DNA of 41,918 nucleotides from a virus: IMG/VR virus record IMGVR_UViG_3300045988_009872; one strand, 5' to 3'. Shown piece by piece: positions 40,312 to 41,918 of this stretch (position 1 is its first letter; each line of letters starts with the position of its first letter). The notes under the pieces were generated by a model. It saw only the letters and a program-made list of their open reading frames with translations, ran no database searches and was not told where the DNA came from. The position numbers and the translations under genes were made by a program.

Positions 40312-40704
40312 ATGAACATTCAAGAAGTGTGCAGAATCCGTAAAGAAGATTTGAAACTGACCTATCAAGACATTTCCGACGTTTCCGGCGTACCGCTGTC
40401 CACCGTGCAGAATTTCTTTTCCAAGTTTTCTAAAGCTCCGTCCATCTACACCGTCGTGCCAATCTGCAAATCGCTTGGAATATCGCTTGATGAAGTGTTC
40501 GATATCTCCGAACACTTGACGCCAACAGAAGAAACCTTGCAAGCGCGGAATGATGAGTTGGAACGTCACGTTGATGCGAAAGCGGACATGATCGAGATCA
40601 TGCGGCGCGGCGTCCGTATCCGCAACGGCGTGATTGCTGTAATGTTTGTCATTATCGTTCTGCTGGCTGCATGGTGCTTGTACATTGATTGGAGGGGGAT
40701 TTGA
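40312..40704 (+). CDS. membrane-anchored XRE-type HTH protein
   Basis: N-terminal HTH LTYQDISDVSGVPLSTVQNFFS. C-terminal TM IAVMFVIIVLLAAWCLYI. Its stop abuts the integrase ATG (TGAATG). Confidence 0.75.
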   Translation: MNIQEVCRIRKEDLKLTYQDISDVSGVPLSTVQNFFSKFSKAPSIYTVVPICKSLGISLDEVFDISEHLTPTEETLQARNDELERHVDAKADMIEIMRRGVRIRNGVIAVMFVIIVLLAAWCLYIDWRGI

Positions 40705-41718
40705 ATGAAGATACCGAAAGCAAAACTGCTACCGTCCGGCAACTGGAATGTCAGCGTCATGGTAGACGGAAAGCGCGTGTCCGTCACAGCTCTTACCAAA
40801 AGGCAGGCAGAGAATGAAGCGGCCGCGTTGAAGTCCGGCGCAAAGTCTGCCGCTCGTGCGTCCGAGCGCACGGTTGGTGATGCTATCGACCGATATATTG
40901 ACAGCAAGGACGCGATACTCTCCCCCTCCACCGTCAACGGGTACAGAAAACTCCGCAAGGCGGTTTTCCCGGAGCTGATGAGCGTTAAGTGCTCCGCGTT
41001 GACGCAGGATCGCGTGCAGCGTGCCGTGAATAAGATGGCGCGGGAAAAGTCGCCCAAGTACGTCCGCAACGCTTACGGCCTGTTTACTGCGACAATGGCA
41101 GAGGAATTCCCAGATAAAGTGTTCCGTATATCTCTCCCTCAGAAGGAAGCACCTAAAATCAAAATCCCTACCATGGACGAGATCAGAATTCTACACGAAG
41201 ACTGCAAGGGCACGGACTTTGAATTGCCTTTCCTTCTGGCTGTCTGGCTCGGTCTCCGTACATCGGAGATCAGAGGTCTAACATGGGATTGTCTTGACGG
41301 TGATATCCTGACGATTAAGCAAGCAATGGTAGACGGTGAGAACGGCCCGCAGCTCAAGCAGCCCAAAACTTACAGTGGAAACAGAAAACTGAAAGTGCCG
41401 CCGTATATTATGGGGCTGCTTGACGCAACACCGCACACAGATGAGTATATTGTCCACGCAACCAGAAATGTCCTATATAAGCATCTGCAACGCGCGTGTG
41501 CCCGCTGCGGAGTTCAGCCGTTCCGCTTCCACGACCTCCGCCATGTAAACGCGTCGGTCATGCTCAGGCTCAATGTCCCGGACAAATACGCAATGGAGCG
41601 CATGGGGCACTCCACAAACAACATGCTTAAAAACGTATATCAGCACACCATGGATGATAAAGCCGTAGCAGTGGCAGATGCCGTTGACGGCTTTTTTGAA
41701 TCCGAATTTCATCTGTAA
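40705..41718 (+). CDS. int: tyrosine integrase
   Basis: Catalytic residues are in context: GLRTSEIRGL, FHDLRHVNAS, MGHSTNNMLKNVYQH. The gene is adjacent to att. Confidence 0.9.
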   Translation: MKIPKAKLLPSGNWNVSVMVDGKRVSVTALTKRQAENEAAALKSGAKSAARASERTVGDAIDRYIDSKDAILSPSTVNGYRKLRKAVFPELMSVKCSALTQDRVQRAVNKMAREKSPKYVRNAYGLFTATMAEEFPDKVFRISLPQKEAPKIKIPTMDEIRILHEDCKGTDFELPFLLAVWLGLRTSEIRGLTWDCLDGDILTIKQAMVDGENGPQLKQPKTYSGNRKLKVPPYIMGLLDATPHTDEYIVHATRNVLYKHLQRACARCGVQPFRFHDLRHVNASVMLRLNVPDKYAMERMGHSTNNMLKNVYQHTMDDKAVAVADAVDGFFESEFHL

Positions 41719-41743
41719 TTTCATCTGCAATTCATCTGCAAAA
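41710..41743 (+). promoter_or_regulatory. three tandem CATCTG(C/T)AA repeats (candidate arm-type sites)
   Basis: Copies start at 41710, 41722 and 41733, and the first overlaps the int stop. An inverted copy TGCAGAT lies at 41778-41784, within hairpin 41775-41793. Confidence 0.45.
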
Positions 41744-41830
41744 GTCGTGTTTTAACGGAATATAACTTGCAGATATCGCAAGTAATGCGTAAACATGTAA
41801 GCTTGAAAACCCTTGCAAATACAAGAAAAA

Positions 41831-41861
41831 CCCCGCAGCCGTTGAAACTGCGAGGTTTTTT
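41831..41861. terminator. bidirectional terminator supplied by the phage for int (+) and the tmRNA gene (-)
   Basis: Stem CCCCGCAG/CTGCGAGG (8 bp, with a G-U pair on the minus-strand RNA). T6 follows on plus and A5 precedes it, which gives a U-run on minus. Confidence 0.7.
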
Positions 41862-41863
41862 CA

Positions 41864-41918
41864 TTGGTGGAGGCGGCGGGAGTCGAACCCGCAACCGAAT
41901 CCGCAAAAGCATTGATAT
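41864..41918 (-). ncRNA. ssrA: 3' end of a tmRNA-like gene (att core, right copy); the body continues beyond the window
   Basis: Same T-arm, acceptor strand and CCA as at 1-55. The sequence runs to the window edge, so this copy is presumed to be joined to the host tmRNA body. Confidence 0.65.

Overview
The window is one complete temperate siphovirus-type prophage (~41.8 kb) of a Gram-positive, Clostridia-like host. It is bounded by a perfect 55-bp direct repeat (1-55 and 41864-41918), which is the 3' end of a tmRNA-like (ssrA) gene on the minus strand. Plus-strand lysogeny genes lie at the right end: tyrosine integrase, a membrane-anchored HTH protein, a lipoprotein and a CI-like HTH. Everything else runs on the minus strand from right to left. 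First come a Cro-like HTH and early genes: ERF, NinB-like, SSB, DnaD-like initiator with an internal iteron/ori region, DnaC-like loader and a DUF1064 nuclease. Next are three tandem HTH genes, a PAPS-reductase-like gene, a C5-methyltransferase-like gene, a Lar-like gene and small Zn-ribbon proteins. Then follow a RinA-like late activator, a ~565-nt GC-rich non-coding leader, TerS/TerL, portal, a MuF protein fused to an AT-rich HEXXH domain, scaffold, capsid, connectors and major tail protein. The G/GT chaperone, tape measure, tail tip and fibres follow, then an XhlA/holin/M15-endolysin lysis cassette. The left end holds accessory cargo: a plus-strand acr/aca-like operon, an AT-rich RHH plus HNH-like cassette, and unusual Gly/Cys-rich and jelly-roll-like proteins. 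No CRISPR array, reverse transcriptase, transposase or rRNA was seen. The least explained signals are non-coding. One is an 18-bp inverted-repeat-bracketed 429-bp RNA element inside the cI/cro switch. The others are an OOP-like antisense sRNA, an attenuator in front of the repressor gene, and the long structured leader before terS. All functional calls rest on motif recognition by eye, since no searches could be run.
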